DNA of 61,343 nucleotides, the filler included, from Bipalium vagum (lineage: Eukaryota): the NCBI GenBank assembly GCA_037834085.1. It is 3 parts of 3 records of this genome, joined end to end, with 100 filler letters (N's around TTAATTAATTAA, not from the genome) between each part and the next. Parts side by side here need not be neighbours in the genome. Positions count along the whole stretch, not along the records: positions 1 to 28,252 come from JBBMKC010060038.1; 2 more parts are not named here. The stretch is one strand, 5' to 3'. The notes under the pieces are model-generated. The model was given only the letters and a program-made list of their open reading frames with translations. It did not search any database and was not told the origin of the DNA. Below, piece after piece: positions 1 to 15,000 of the stretch. Numbering within the stretch: position 1 is the stretch's first letter; the number at the start of each line of letters is the position of its first letter. The translations under genes were made by a program, and so were the position numbers.

Positions 1-59
<59 letters not shown>

Positions 60-90
60 GCTGTTATTATTATTAATGTTGTTATTATTA
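1..90. repeat. (TTA)n/(AAT)n microsatellite, in frame as poly-Asn in the last visible ASX-like exon
   Basis: Minus strand from the acceptor at 203-205 reads NSISSMKQNMKRKSNLRTLSCTKDSINKVPVTLSLNRPNNNNINNNSNNNN..., open to the window edge; phase 1 matches the upstream exon. Confidence 0.75.
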
Positions 91-3000
91 GGCCTATTCA
101 AGCTCAAGGTTACTGGAACTTTATTTATCGAATCTTTGGTGCATGAAAGTGTCCTTAAATTACTTTTTCTCTTCATATTTTGCTTCATTGAACTAATTGA
201 ATCTAAAATTTTTATAATACAAAATAAACGTACATTCGGAAAATTTGTAGAAATTTATTAAGAAAAAATGTATTTTTCTGATAAAACAGACGACTACTAT
301 TCAATATCATATATGAATCAGTTTTTCATTACAAAAATATTTCCAAATGATTTCATTATGAAAAGAATCATATTTGTTTAATTAAAACATCAATGTTAAA
401 ATAATGAAAATTATTATCAATCCAAAGAAATAAAAAAATCATAGGGACGTAATCTATTATATTTCTAGCAAATCCATATAAAAATAATAAACTTGAAAAA
501 ATATTTTAAGAAATAAAGTTTATACTAAGAAATTAATTCGATTTTTTGTGTGCAATAATTGATTATTTATCATTATCCTCAATAGTATAAATCAATTAAA
601 TTCTTAACTTAAGAAATCTATATTAAATTAATTTATATATTAAATTCAGTCTATCAATCAGAAAGAAATGTAATAATTTAAATCCCAAGGGTTTCTCAAC
701 TTCATTTCACCTGGAAAAGAATTTGAGATTATATATTTCATATAAGAATACAGTCCATTTAATCAAAAATTTAACAGTAAAAATATGAAGTAAAAATGAC
801 CTACAATACATTGGTAACAAATTTCAAATATCCAAGAAAACAAGAAGTACCTCAACTCTGTTATTTTTTATATTATTAATATCAATATTAAATCCAGGAA
901 ATTGATTATACATTAAATTTCTATATTTCAAACTTTCTTATAATGCTGTCAATGTCTGAAAGCAGTCAAAAATCTATGATACATCTCCGAAATATGTGTG
1001 TTTTTCATGAAAGAATTCTGTTTATAAAATAAAAAGCCGATATCCTAGACATTTCTACGCTTCAGCTTCGTAAAAACTTCAACTTTGATTTTATTATAAT
1101 AAAATGACAAAAGCAATTAATTTTTAATTGATTGTGGCAAAAAGTTTCAGACATAACAAAATTAATATTGCCAAAAAATAAAAACGAAATAGAAGATCGA
1201 GAAATATATGGAAAGTCTATTATTATTTATGACATTATTGCTTTCAATTTTTATTGAACAATTCAAAGAATTAAAAATAAAACTTAAAAATTTCTAATTT
1301 TTTAATCGATTGGGAAAATTATTTTTAAAGCGTATTATATATTTATTATAGAAATTAAATACAAAATAGTTATGTTTTAACTCAACTGATAATAAGAAAA
1401 ACTTCATCAAATAACAAAAAGATATCGTACTGTCACATTGATCATGAAAATATGTAATTCAATAACATAACAATAATCATTCTTATGTAAATAAAAATAA
1501 TAATCATTATCAAAATGGTCCAATCATATTCAAATATTAAGAATTAAAGATTATTTGTAAATTTTTTTTGAGTAAAACATAAATAAAAATAATTTAATAA
1601 AAATACAAATAATAAGTATTATTATTATTATTATAATAAAATAAAATAATGACTCACTCGATAGACCACACTGTTCTGTGGTTGTATCAAACTCGTAATT
1701 GTTTCCCATAAAAAATTCTAATAACGATTCCGGAGAGTCTGTCAACAATTCCTCAGAATTATTGATCATTTTTTCCATCAATTTAAAATCGTCTTCCTCC
1801 TTTAACAGGTTGGTTATGCTTTGCTTTTTATGCCTCTGGCTATTGGAAAATGTTGACAACTTTCTATTATTGGAATTGAAAACTTTTCTATTGTCTTCCT
1901 TGGCCAACTTTTTGGCACGCATTTTTTCTCGCATAGCCGCCAAAGTTAACGTCTGTCGTGGCGGCGGCATCCTTTGGATTTGCCTTACTTCTGATTCCAT
2001 CAAAAGCTTAGAATCTTGAATTTCGGGTAAATTTATCGGCATAATAGAACTCTGTTTATTTGTCTGATTGTGACCGTAGTCTGATTTAGCGGAAGGTGTA
2101 GTCGATTCTGATGTACAGGACCAGGAAGGAGATAGAGTCTGAAAATTTAAAAAACAACTATTGTAGAGGACCAATCAATAAATTAAAAAAAATTAAAATA
2201 TTATCGATTTTGTTATCAATAATCATACGCACAACGTATTTGAGATCTGAAATTTTCATTATAGTTAATAAAGGTAAATATTTCAAAAAACGTTGAAAGA
2301 TCTTTACTAAACTCGATATAAAACAATTTTTAAATATAATAAAAACTGAAAAATAAAAAAACCATTAAAATTTAAATCTTTAGGTGATAAAGGTACAAAA
2401 TATGTAAATAAAAAAATCAGAAGTAAACCAGTAATCAATACTTTATTTCACATCTTATTAATTTGTAAATTATAATCAAGTTAATTTAATAATAATTTAG
2501 CAAATAAAATAAAGTACAAACATAATTAATAAAAAAATAATAATAATAATAATAACAATAAGAAAAAGAAAATAAGATCAAATAATAAAAGTAGTTTATT
2601 AACAATTTAATTTTGCATAAATGTTGAACGACAAAAATTCCTTTTCTATGATCAATGTTTTTTAAAAAAAATTAAAAGAAAAAGTTAGTAACAGATGTAA
2701 GGACAAGATTTTAAAAATAAAAAAATAATATAACAAATAAAATCTGATATATCTTTATAGAACGAGAAACAACAAAAGCCGATTAAGTTTTGAATCTGCA
2801 CGAAAGATCATGAGATTAAAATTACAAAACCTGAACATTAGGGAGAGTTTTGTTAATATTAAATAATTTGGTTGAACAGAAAGTTCGTTCGGTTTTTTAA
2901 TAGTAAAATTCAACTTAATATTTTGAAATGAATATTTATTATAATTTAATAATTTTTTTGCAACGAAATTTTGTTTTATTAAATAGTAAGTTTATGATAT

Positions 3001-6000
3001 TTTGAAATATGCAGATAATTTGCAATATTTAGGTAGCAATCCATAAAATGTCTCATGATGACAAGCATATTCGTGATTTCATTCTCTTTTTTTTTCATAA
3101 AGGAAAAACGCTATCCAGACACAGAAGGAAATATACTTAGTGTATGACTAAAATATGATAACCGCTCGTACTTGTCAAAAGTGGTTCCCAAAATTTAAAG
3201 TGATTTCTCTCTAAAATGTTCAGGTCGCTCAGGGCGGTCATCGATTGTCAATGATGACGATCTAATCACCTTAATTGAAAAAAGACAATGCAGAACAACA
3301 CGAGACATGTCAGAAATTTTAGATATAAGTCACGCGTGTGTGGTTAATCACTTGGGAAAACTCGGCTACATCTCCCGTTATTACAAGTATTGCCTACCAA
3401 CTAGACGAACTAAAAGACATAAAAAAGCGTCCAGAATTAGCTAATAGAAAAGGAGTGATATTTCACCATGATAACACCAGACCTCACGTAGCAAAGAGTG
3501 TGCTGCGAAAATTTTCATAGTTTGGATGGGAAGTGTTAAGTCACCCAGCTTATTCTCCTGATATCGCTCCTTCAGATTATCATATCTTCCGTTCCTCGCA
3601 AAATAGTTTAGATGAAAAAGAATATCGATCTTTAAAAGATATCAAAATTCACCTGGATAAGTACTTCATTCAACACCCAACAAAATTTTTTCTGACGGTC
3701 TCATGAAACTGCCCGAAAAATGGAGACAGATAATCGATCATAATTGAGTATATATTGTTTAATAAATTTATTTATCTAACTTACAAGACTTCTTTAAAAC
3801 ATCTATTAAAGACGAATGAATTTTGTGTTCATCCCAATATTTTATCACTTAAATAAAAAAGAATGCTTGAAAAAATCTTGTAGAAAACTAAAATACACAC
3901 TGGAAATTTTGAACAATGAATAGTAAAAAAAACAGTTTTTCATTGGGACTTAAGACTTGTAATTTGCCAAAATATAGGAATTATTTTTGACGTATTATGG
4001 GCACTTTATTGTATTTTTCTTAACAATATAAATGTTTCATATCATTTTCTGGAAAGTGATAACAATCAATGCACATTGAAATAGATATTGTAATAGAATT
4101 AAAGGATATTTCCAAAAAATATCACTAATAAAGTTTAAGAGTTTTCTCTATTGATTAAATTATTTTGGCACAATTTCGCTCCAAACATACGTAAAATTTG
4201 AGCATTTAATTACTAGAATACATTCTAGAATTTGATTTTTTAATTCTAAATAAATTTATTGGTCATAAATACTTCAGTGTCCAACAATTAAAAAAAGAAA
4301 AGTAATATTATTATTAGTAATGTTTCTGATTTAATTCAATTTTCTTTAAATTTGACAAATTTTCTTGGTAAAATTATAGATTATAATATAAGGTTATTTT
4401 AAAAATCAATTATGATATGACGGTAACAATAAGCAGACATGAGGAAATTTTATACAATGAAATGAAAAAAATTAACAGAACTTTGTCATAACTATTTTTC
4501 ATTTTCTTAGCTTTGATATTTCTAGTTTTTTGATCTTCTTTGAAGAAAATTTGAATTTTCTTGGAAATAATTACTTTTAAAATGTCTTTAATGAACCGGA
4601 TACTTGAATCTGAGGGTATTTTTCAAAACTATACTTACACTAATTATATCTGTCATTCGTAAAATAAAGGAAAAAGCAACATTTTCTCTTTATCAATTTC
4701 CTATATAAAATTCCCAATATCTATTTCAGAAAATATAAACATGAATTAAATTCTCTGATTATTTAAACTGTTATAGAATTGCTGTTGATGAATCTATTAG
4801 ATTTTCATAAAAATATCTTCAAAAAAGGCTTTTGAATGGTTTTCTCATTGTCCTTTTTTTAAAAATAAATTTTCTATTCAGAACTCTTACAAAAAATAAA
4901 AAAAGTTTTATATTAACAACTTCCCTTTTAAATTTTTGCCTAGTCTATATAAAAATTCAATATTAAAAATAAATTTTGCACTATTTCTAACAATAATAAT
5001 AATCCACTGCTTCTGTTATTTCAATGATTATTTCACTAAACGATATATCTGATTCGAGAAATGAACATTTTAATTATTTGACATAAAAGATATTTTCTTA
5101 CGATTCCTGATCTTTTAATTATTTTTATATTGAAAAAAGACTTATTCAATAATAAAAAAAACAAGATACTTTTATTAAACTGAAATTTAAAATTTTTATG
5201 ATTGATATTCCGTAAATTGAATATTAATAATAGTTCACACCTAATTTTTTAGTTAATTAATAATGGTAATAATAATAACCAATTATAACTGGTGTCTAAA
5301 TTTTGTGGATTTCCTTATACTGCACTACACAATCTCATTTGACAATTTCCGTCAATGATATATTTTTAGATGTAATCAGTTATTAAGAATCTGAAAATTA
5401 GTGAATAAGAAACCTACACAACCTCAATTAAGAGCATGGAGTAGTCATAGTAGTTAAAGAAATCAATTTATTATTGTCAAAAATTATTATTATTATATTA
5501 TTAGAAAAAATGTTTTCCAATTAAAAAATTCAATGAAGAATTCTATTCCGTTATTTTTAAATCGATTATTTTTTATTATATTAATTTAATAAAGAAATAC
5601 CTTTTATCAACGGAATATAAAAAATTGTTTAAAAATACAAAAAAGTCAATCAATAAGTAATCGACCTTAATTTTAATCGATTTTTAATATTTTACATATC
5701 TAATAATAAATAATAATGATATTATTTTAAACTTGGTACTAAAATAAAATTTTTTTTCTTAATTTATTACTTAGGTATTATCCAATGAAAATATGATGAA
5801 ATGAAATGAATTTGAAAATGCTGATAAATTGTAATCCGATCAACTTTTAATCAAAATAAAATTACAAAATATTTTATGGTCTATCAAAAATCAATATCTC
5901 ATTGGGAATCATTAAAAATAATTCTATATTACTTAAAGTGAAAAATCGATAAAATGTAAATTATAGTTGACACTCTTGAATAAAATATTAAAACTTTTCA

Positions 6001-9000
6001 ACCCCACATAATATTCTTAAAGATTTAATTTATGAAAATAAAATCAAAAGACATTTAATAACTTTAAGGTTGATAGTCCAATAATTAATCAATAAGTTTA
6101 GTAATTTTAGCTACATTATTCCTTTTATTTTAGAAAATTTTCTCAAAATAATTTATTTTCTTAGTTATACGTTCCAAATGCTCCATTGAAAAAAGTGACA
6201 AGAAATTAGAATATTACTGAAAACAACTCTTAATATTATTTGAAAGATAAAGAGAAGTCAGAATAAATACTTAGAAGGTATGAAATTTGATCTCTGAAAA
6301 TGCTTTATTCATTCACAAATGAAGACAAGACTCACATGTCATGATTATAATTGATAATCTTACTAAACCGCCTCGTCATACAAACAAAATTATCATGAGA
6401 AATACTCAATAAATCTCACCATTTCTGTTAAGAATCCATGTTACTAAAATTTAAGATTCAAAAAAATAAATGGAGCTCAAAATTGAATCAAAAAATTATA
6501 ATTTATTACTATCGAATAAATAACTTTTAATACTTTGTTTCAAAAATTTTTGGAAAATCAATATTTGTGTGAAATTGAAAAATTGTTATGATTATCTAAA
6601 AAATTATCTATTAATTCCATTTCTCTGGCTTATTTGAAAACAGAGAAAGTACTCCACAATTATAATTTTTAATTCTCGTAACAGAAATTTGTACTTTCAA
6701 CCAACTGATTGAATCAGTATACAGCTTTCTAGAATTTATGACTAGGATATGGAAAGAGAAAAGTACAAGTATAAAAATTAAGCAGATATTTAACTTTGTC
6801 GAAAAAAATTCATTTCATTTTAAAAAGTACATTTTATTTATTAATATATTATCTTAATTAAAATATTTATTAATTAATTGAAAATTATCAATAAAATACC
6901 TCAAACTATGTCATGGAACCTATTCTTAGGAAGAGAAATATCAGACCTCACATTACAGATTTTATTTCAAGATCGGTCATCAAACTTGTACAAAAAATAA
7001 TTATACAGATTTCCTTTCATCAACATGATATATCAATTAAAGCTTATTATCTTTATTTTTTAGAAAAACTAAGAATGAAGAACGTTACACGATTTTGTAT
7101 TGCGTGAAATTTCTGGGACATGATTTCTGTATAATTTCTACTCCCATTCATTTTCCACTATCATTTCTCTTAATTTAACTCAATTTTTATGTCAATTAGT
7201 GAATCACTTATATTTTATTATTCCATGAAACTGAGATTTGATTTAACATACACTCTATGAAAGCGACTGTAACTAATAATCGCCAAAAAACGATATCGAT
7301 CTTAACCTCAAGACACAAAACGGGAAAACTTCACATCGGTATCATCATAATATTAAAATCTTATTAACGATAAGTAATTCAACGGCTTAGGGAATAAATT
7401 TCATATTTAACAAAATTTACTATTAACAAAATCTTTATCATCCAATGACAAATATTTCAACCAATCACAGTCAACTTCAATGACATCTCAAAAAATAGTT
7501 CAGTAAAATTAAAATGACAAAACAAAACTATACAAAATGTATTTCAGTCCATTTCATAAATAACCAATGTTTACTTAAGCATTTAAGAATAGTGGTAGAA
7601 ATAAAATTTACATGAAAATGAAAAGAAATTGAAAAAAATATGTGATAAAAGATAGTGTTCATTGAGAGAGAAATTGAATTTTGGTATCCACAAGAAAAAT
7701 ATGCAATAATAATAGATTAATTCACTATTTCGAATGTTGACAATGTCTTAAATTGTATTATTAGTTTGAATTATCCATTCTACATTCAAAGAATATTTTA
7801 TTTGCGGATTAGAATCAGCAAGATAAAACGGAAACCACAGAATCCCTTTCACAAGACTATTATAAAAATTAATTCATTGAAGACAAATAAATCTTTCAGA
7901 GCAAAAACTTTAAGATAATTGACTCAAAAGAGTGAATGACATTCACCCAGTGATCGATTAAACAAACTGAATCAATTAGTTTACATATTCAAACAATTGA
8001 TTGAAAGAAATATCAAAATGGAAAAAGCTACACTTAATAAATTCTGAATATGATATTTTCTCGCTTAGAAATATACCCTCTTTATATAGTCTGTTAAGCT
8101 GTTGATTTACGAATGGACCACCAATCGCAGTAAGCCTCATAGTACTCAAAATATTCCATCGTGCAAGCTGTTACCAGTGTATTTACTCTCATGAAATTTT
8201 ATTTTAATTTTAGTTTAACTAATTTTTTCCATTAAAAGTAAAATAAAAATAAATAATGTAATTTAAAAATAGAATTTCAATCAAAATTTCAATAACAAAA
8301 GTGAAAATTCCCAATTTAATTTTAATCTACATAAAGAATTAAGATTCTCGTTTTAAAGAAAAACTAATCTAGCTTAGACACAAGATTAAAATCACCTCAC
8401 ATCATACTTTTAATATATTAATTAATTAATTTATTATTAATATTATATTATTATTATTATTACAATTGATTTTATGGATTTTTGATTTCGTTTTTTAATT
8501 AATCTTGAGGTAGAGTTACTTCTCATTTCAATCACTGACAGTTGTAAAAAAGGTTGAGGAAAAGTCAAATGAAATTAAAAATTCGATTAATTAAAAATTT
8601 ATTTTCTTAACAAAAATCGATTCAATAAATAAAGATGAAAATTTCAACACCAATCAGTATCGTCAAAAATTAAGCGGCCTTAATTTTCCATAGGAGTTCC
8701 ACTATAAACTTAAAGCTTCATTTGGAAACAAATAACAAAAAAATCTTAAATAAAATAAATTAGAAATTAGAAAAATTAATGAAGGGGAATACATTACAAA
8801 TAAATTACATTTATTCAATTTTAAAAAAATTATTATCAGTTATCACTGATTACTCATCCAGCTTTAGTACTCAGATTTCGGTGGTTTATGAAAATAAACG
8901 AAGCTGTTTCTCGGAAAGAAATAATGTAACCAAAGGTTGAAGAAAATTATGGCGATTCCGTATTCCTAAACACTTGCTACAGTAAGCTTTCTCATGCAAA

Positions 9001-12000
9001 TACAATACACCATAAAATTTTAAAGCAGAAACATAAAAAAATTAATAATAAGATGATTTCACATAAAATTAATAATCAAGAACATTTCAACTTAAACAAA
9101 TATAGTTGTCACAATAAAAAGTGGCGGTTAGTTTTTATCAATTTATAAAGCAAATAGAATTTAATTTCAAAAAAATAAAATTTGAAAAATATTTCTCATA
9201 AATTTATTTCAATAAAACAAAAAATAATAATATTTAATTTGTCCCCAATTTTTCTCAAGATAGCTTTCAATTCTTCTTGACATGCTTCGAATTAATAACT
9301 TGATAGTTTCAAAAGATATTTAATCCCAAATTTCTTGTATAACTATCTGTAAATGTTTACATCTTTTGGTTGTCTTTTTCGTACTTCATTTTTCATTAGT
9401 CCCCAATTAGATTTTCAATGGGATTGAGGTCAGCGTAAGATATACTATGATAGAAAAATGTTTCATCATTAAATCTCATCTTAAATCCACTTATAATACA
9501 AAAAGTTAGATTATTTAAAATGTATCAATAGATAGAGAGAACAAAAATTAATCAATTTTCCAAAGAGGTATTTTTAAGATATATTTATTTACAACAAGCA
9601 AATATTAAAAATCAACAGTGTGGTGACAGAAATAAAATATTTTTTAATTTTTAAAATAAAACTAAGTTTCAATAATAACTTGGAAAATATGATTTGATGT
9701 ACTAACCTGTACAGGATTGATGTGACTTGTCACTACATTGGCCCGAGTGAAATTACCGAATAAATTATTACTGTACGGCGATGACTTACAAGAGGGACTT
9801 AAATCATTTTCGATATGCGATGAAAACAAAGAATTCGGTGATGATGGACATTTTTTTGACTCGTGTTGTGAGAGCAAGTCTTTTTTCTTTGGTGACTTCA
9901 ACTCCAATTTCAATAAATTATTCACTTCGTTGGAGCAATTTTCATATTTCATTTTATTCTTTTTGTTCGACAGAATCTGTTCCTTGAATTTCTTACAACT
10001 TATCTTTAGCTTTTTATCATTTATGCTTAGAATGTTGAAATTCGCCGGAGGAGAATCAGAATCTAGCCGAGCTGGTCGTTTTCCAGCTGTGGATCTGTTA
10101 GACCTTTTGATGGGAACAATTTGTAAATCATTTGAAGTAAACAGTTTTCGTTTTCGACCTCGTTTTCTTATATGGTCATCAAGATTTTCTGGTTTTGAGA
10201 TGTTTTGTTGGTCTGGTGCCATCATATCAACAGAAAAAGTTGTCAATAATGTTGAAGCTAAAGAATAATTTTCGCCTTCCACAACCGTTACAGTGTCCAA
10301 ATCAGAAGACTTTGAATCAATATTGTTGTTTACGACTAGATTATCCGTTTGAATTGAAAGTTCCAACTGAGTATTAAAAAAAAACTAATTGTCAATAATT
10401 AATTATTATTTTTATTCATTCCCTCTCTTTGTGTCAAACTTCAATTAATATAATCAATATATGGAACCGTTTAAGACTCACATTATGAATTTGAAACTAT
10501 TTATAAAATATTCAAACCAAATATATTTCAAGCAATTTATTTTATTAATTTAGCATTAACATTAAGTAACGTTTATTTATTAACCAATTAAAATTTACAT
10601 TAATATAAAACTAGAAAATCAGGTGAATATTTACATTTTCAGATATGTCCCACAAAGTAACAATTATACTGTTATTGTAATTCATTTCATTGCAGTAGAA
10701 ATACCTGGAAAAATGAAAAATTCCAGTCTACTTATCAATCCATTTAACAAAAGGTGAGCGTTGACCTTTTTAACCTTTGTACTTTGACAATGGACTGAAA
10801 AATCGCTGTGATTATAAAATTGGGAGAAAATTCAAAAAACAAAGGTAAAAATTTTACAAATTTTACAAAGTGAAAACAGAAAGATTCGCTTTGATCTATT
10901 TACACAACAATGGTACCAATTATGATTTAATCTGCAAAGTAAAATCAATTAAACCCCGAGTGGAACCTGATAATTTTAGTTCAATGATAGAGCTTAAAAT
11001 AGTAAATATTTTTAAAAAATCTAAATAGACTAAAAACTATCAAAACCAAAAATAAAAATAATTAAGATGTCATTTTAGGATAATAAAATCAATTGGAAAG
11101 AAAAAAATAGAAAACTTCAGATGGAGATTCGTTTACAAGAGAAACCGATATGAGAATCGATATTAATGAAGAATATTTCCTTATAATAGGAAAAAAGAAT
11201 TTCAAATATATTATTTTGAACGGTATATAATAAATATTATTTTTAAGGTATATCTTGTTGTTAATGATAATGTTCGCTTTTACCATTAAAAAAAGAAAAT
11301 CGTATTAAATCAATATTGACTGAAACTAACTTACCTTTATCTCTTCATTTTGCACTGATTCGTTTTTAGTATCAGCATCTTCTTGTTTCTCGGCTTCATT
11401 TTTCAAAAATATTCTTGTGTTGTCACAGGAATCATTTTGTTGAAATTCTACATCACATTTCTCATCTCCATTTCCTACACAATTATTCATTTCAGCCGTT
11501 TCCGTTGTTGATACACTACAATTGCTTTTTACTTCTTCCAATTGCCTACTTTCTCCGTCAAATGTTACTGAATCTTGACTTTTGACTTCGAAATTCTCCA
11601 CATTCGATTTGACTAACACTTCGTCATTTAGAATGGTCGATGGTCGTGATCGAAGATTTTCTCTTTCAGAATTTAGAATATTAATCCAATCTGACTGACC
11701 CATTTTCAACGAGAATTTTGTAAGAGCTTTTCCAAGAAATTCATTATTCAATACACTAAATCCCAAATTCGGAGGAATATTACAATTATCATTAGAATGA
11801 TAATCTGTGCATTTACAACTATTTATTTCAGATGATATTTTCGGTTTATCACAGTTTGGTAAAAAATTTACGAGCTGCCATTGAATTTCTTGGGGAAACT
11901 TTATGAAATTTTCTTGATTGATTATTTCCTGAAATTACACATTTAAAATTTTTCCCCATAAATAAAGATCAGTCAATATAATTAACCTTGACGAAATATT

Positions 12001-15000
12001 ATCAATCCAAAAGATTAATTGTGGGTTTTTAAATACTTGTACTTTAAATTAAAATTTTAAAAGATTTACAGAATAATAAGTTAATTTTAGTATCATTAAA
12101 AAAAGATTTTATCAAGATTTGGTATTTAGTATTTTAAACAAATGTCGTCATTCTCTGTTGTTTATTTAGAATAAAGATGATATACCTAGATACAAATATC
12201 ACTAATTGTTATTGTATGACTTCAAACTTGGTGTTTATAGAGAAACAGAGAACAGCCCAATTTTAGTTTCAACGTTTCAAATTCGGAAACGAAAGCGTTG
12301 AAAATTAACAGCGTTCATGAGGGCCGAAGAAGTTAAATGATGATAAGCTGCTTCTCAAAATTCCACTCAACTGTAATCAAGAATCTGTAAGTATAGGTCT
12401 GAAATCTCTTGGATATACAAAAAAAGGATAAATAGATACATCTGTTGAGCTTTCAGAACATCAACGCAAGATTATCAATTTGCAGATCAATTGCTTAAAA
12501 GGCATAATGTTGATGCTTTTTCGGACAAGATAAAAAATTTGTTTATTATAACAATTCCAAATTGAATAAGTCGATGAAAACTTAAAGGATCAAAGTCTGG
12601 AATAAGCCCGAAACAAGAAATCTATCCTAAAAACTTTTGATGATCATTTGGTAGACATCGCGTAGAATTGCTTATGTTGAGTTTACTGTGATCAGATACG
12701 GTGTGCTTATTCAAAATTGTCAAAAATGAAATCCTGGTTAGTCAACAAAAAAGGTATCTTATTGTTAGAGGACAACGCAAGATCACACTTCAAAACTTGC
12801 TCAAGAAACACTAAAAGAATTAAAAAATTAAACTCTTCCTCATCCACCGTATAGCCTTAAATATATAATATAAAATATATAATCACATGTCACCTTGTGA
12901 TTATTTGTTTTTATGTTTATCTAATTTTCAAAGAAATAAAACCTATGATTCTGGTGATTCCCTAAAAAACGATATTGTAAACTTTTAATTCTAAGAATTC
13001 AGATTTTTATCGTACTGGCATATTCGATGGGCAGTCGAAAAGTTTCTGAAATAGAGATAGTGATAAGGTATAGTATAAAAAAATTATTCAATAAGATAAG
13101 TTATTTTAATACTGTATTACTTTTATCTTATAAAAAAATCCCATTTGTTTAAAAAAATATTTACATTTAGAATATGAATTTATCAATGAAAAACTTTCGA
13201 CAAATGATTTTATATGATTTCCGATGCGGATTGGCACAGCACCAATGTCTCGATCGCCTAAATTTGGTATTTCTTGATGATGCTCCATTGAAAACTAATG
13301 TATCGATTATTTCATGAATTTAAGTTAAAACGCGTCTTTTTGGGTGATGATTTCAGAGATCTTCCAAAAACAAGTGTATCCGTTGAAATATTGAAGTTGT
13401 TCGGAAATAATTAAAGAATATCGTCAGACAACACATGATCAAATTCATACATAATTGAGCATATCTCGGATTTCAATCCATTCTATTTTACATAATCACT
13501 TGGATGTCATAAACCAATGTTTAATACCGCATATCCTTATAATTGATCAAAAACGTGATCGCATTAATAGATCCAAAGCTATGGTCGATAAGCTTAAGCA
13601 GGAAACCTCAAAACCTGTTTATGACATCGTCAGTAGGGATCAATCATAGATATATTCATGAATCCGAAAAGAAGCAGCAGTCAACTGTTTAGGTGTTTCA
13701 AACATTACCAACAAAAGTTGTTTGATACCGGAACACCTCCAAGCAAATGGTTGCCTGGTTTGTATCCAAATCAGTTCACGTCACTACCATTCCTTTAGAT
13801 GACCATCGCAGTTACTTCGAATTGATATACCACATTTTGCTTGCCTGAAGTCCTCTAAAGAATGAAAAACAAATCGAAACGCTCCATTATGCCCTATCAT
13901 AATATACTTTCCATACAGTCCATAAAACAATAGATTTGTTGATGACTCAAACCTTTGAATTATTAAGCCATCCAAATAATTTCGTATGCAGCAGTTTTCA
14001 TGTCCCGAACAGGCTGCAGTATCATTCAAATCACATGCTTTGAACATACCGACTTCGGATTGGAATAAATTTTTCAATGCCTGGTTTGACAGAATGCAAA
14101 AGTGTATAGATTGTGACTGTGAATCCTTCGAAAAACAATTATCTTAATTATTATAATAAATATACGCAGTTTGTGTGTCATTTCCGAAACTTCTTTGCGA
14201 CTGACCTACGTATAAACTTGTATATATAGGGCAAAAGATTGTTGATTCAGATGGAAATTCTTTGGTTCAATAAAGTTGATTTATAAAAAGTTATGCAGTT
14301 TTTGAGTATATGGTTAAATACCACAATCACTCTTATGGATCCTTATATTATAATTATTTAAAATCTTTCTATTATTGAATTTTTTAGAATACTAAAACAA
14401 TTTTCAGTATACTTAATATATTAAATATCTTATTATATTTTTCTAAAAACAATTAATAAATTAAAATTTCTATATTATTTCTTTAAATTCGTTAATTTTA
14501 AACATGAAAAATCGTTTTAAATAAATAAGAGCGTGATTGTTTAAAATTTCAAAAAAAAAGCCTTTCGAGATCAATTTTCTAAAAAGAACTTCATCATACA
14601 AGAATCGAGTTTAAAAATAAAATAAAAACATTTTAAAAATTATCGATTTATAATTTTTTCTTTTATTCATGTCATATTCCTTCCAATCAATGAAAATTCT
14701 TTCAAAATTATATTTTTAAAAAAAAAGAATAGATTATATTACCAGGTACGCATAAACGTTATATCAATAAGTTTTTGTTTATTTGTTAACTTCGATTTTT
14801 AATATGACAAAAACAAATATTTTTCAAACCCTAAAATATCAATAAAGAATAAATATTAGAAATCAATAAATTTGAAATAAATTATTATTTCCTAAATAAA
14901 AATAAATAAAACAAAATATTCTGAAATATATTTAATTTATAATAAGAAAACACAAAAAAAGAGTTTATCCGATTTTTAGAAGCCAAAAAATATATTCTAT

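Noticed and set aside
1699-2019. Plus-strand ORFs antisense to exons (also 9738-10268, 20947-21138, and minus 58621-58962)
   Set aside because: Shadows of real coding exons on the opposite strand; no independent motifs.
8880-9020. YCSKC motif on the minus strand as the ASX PHD finger
   Set aside because: Lacks the remaining Cys/His spacing, has no convincing splice sites, and lies upstream of further ASX exons.
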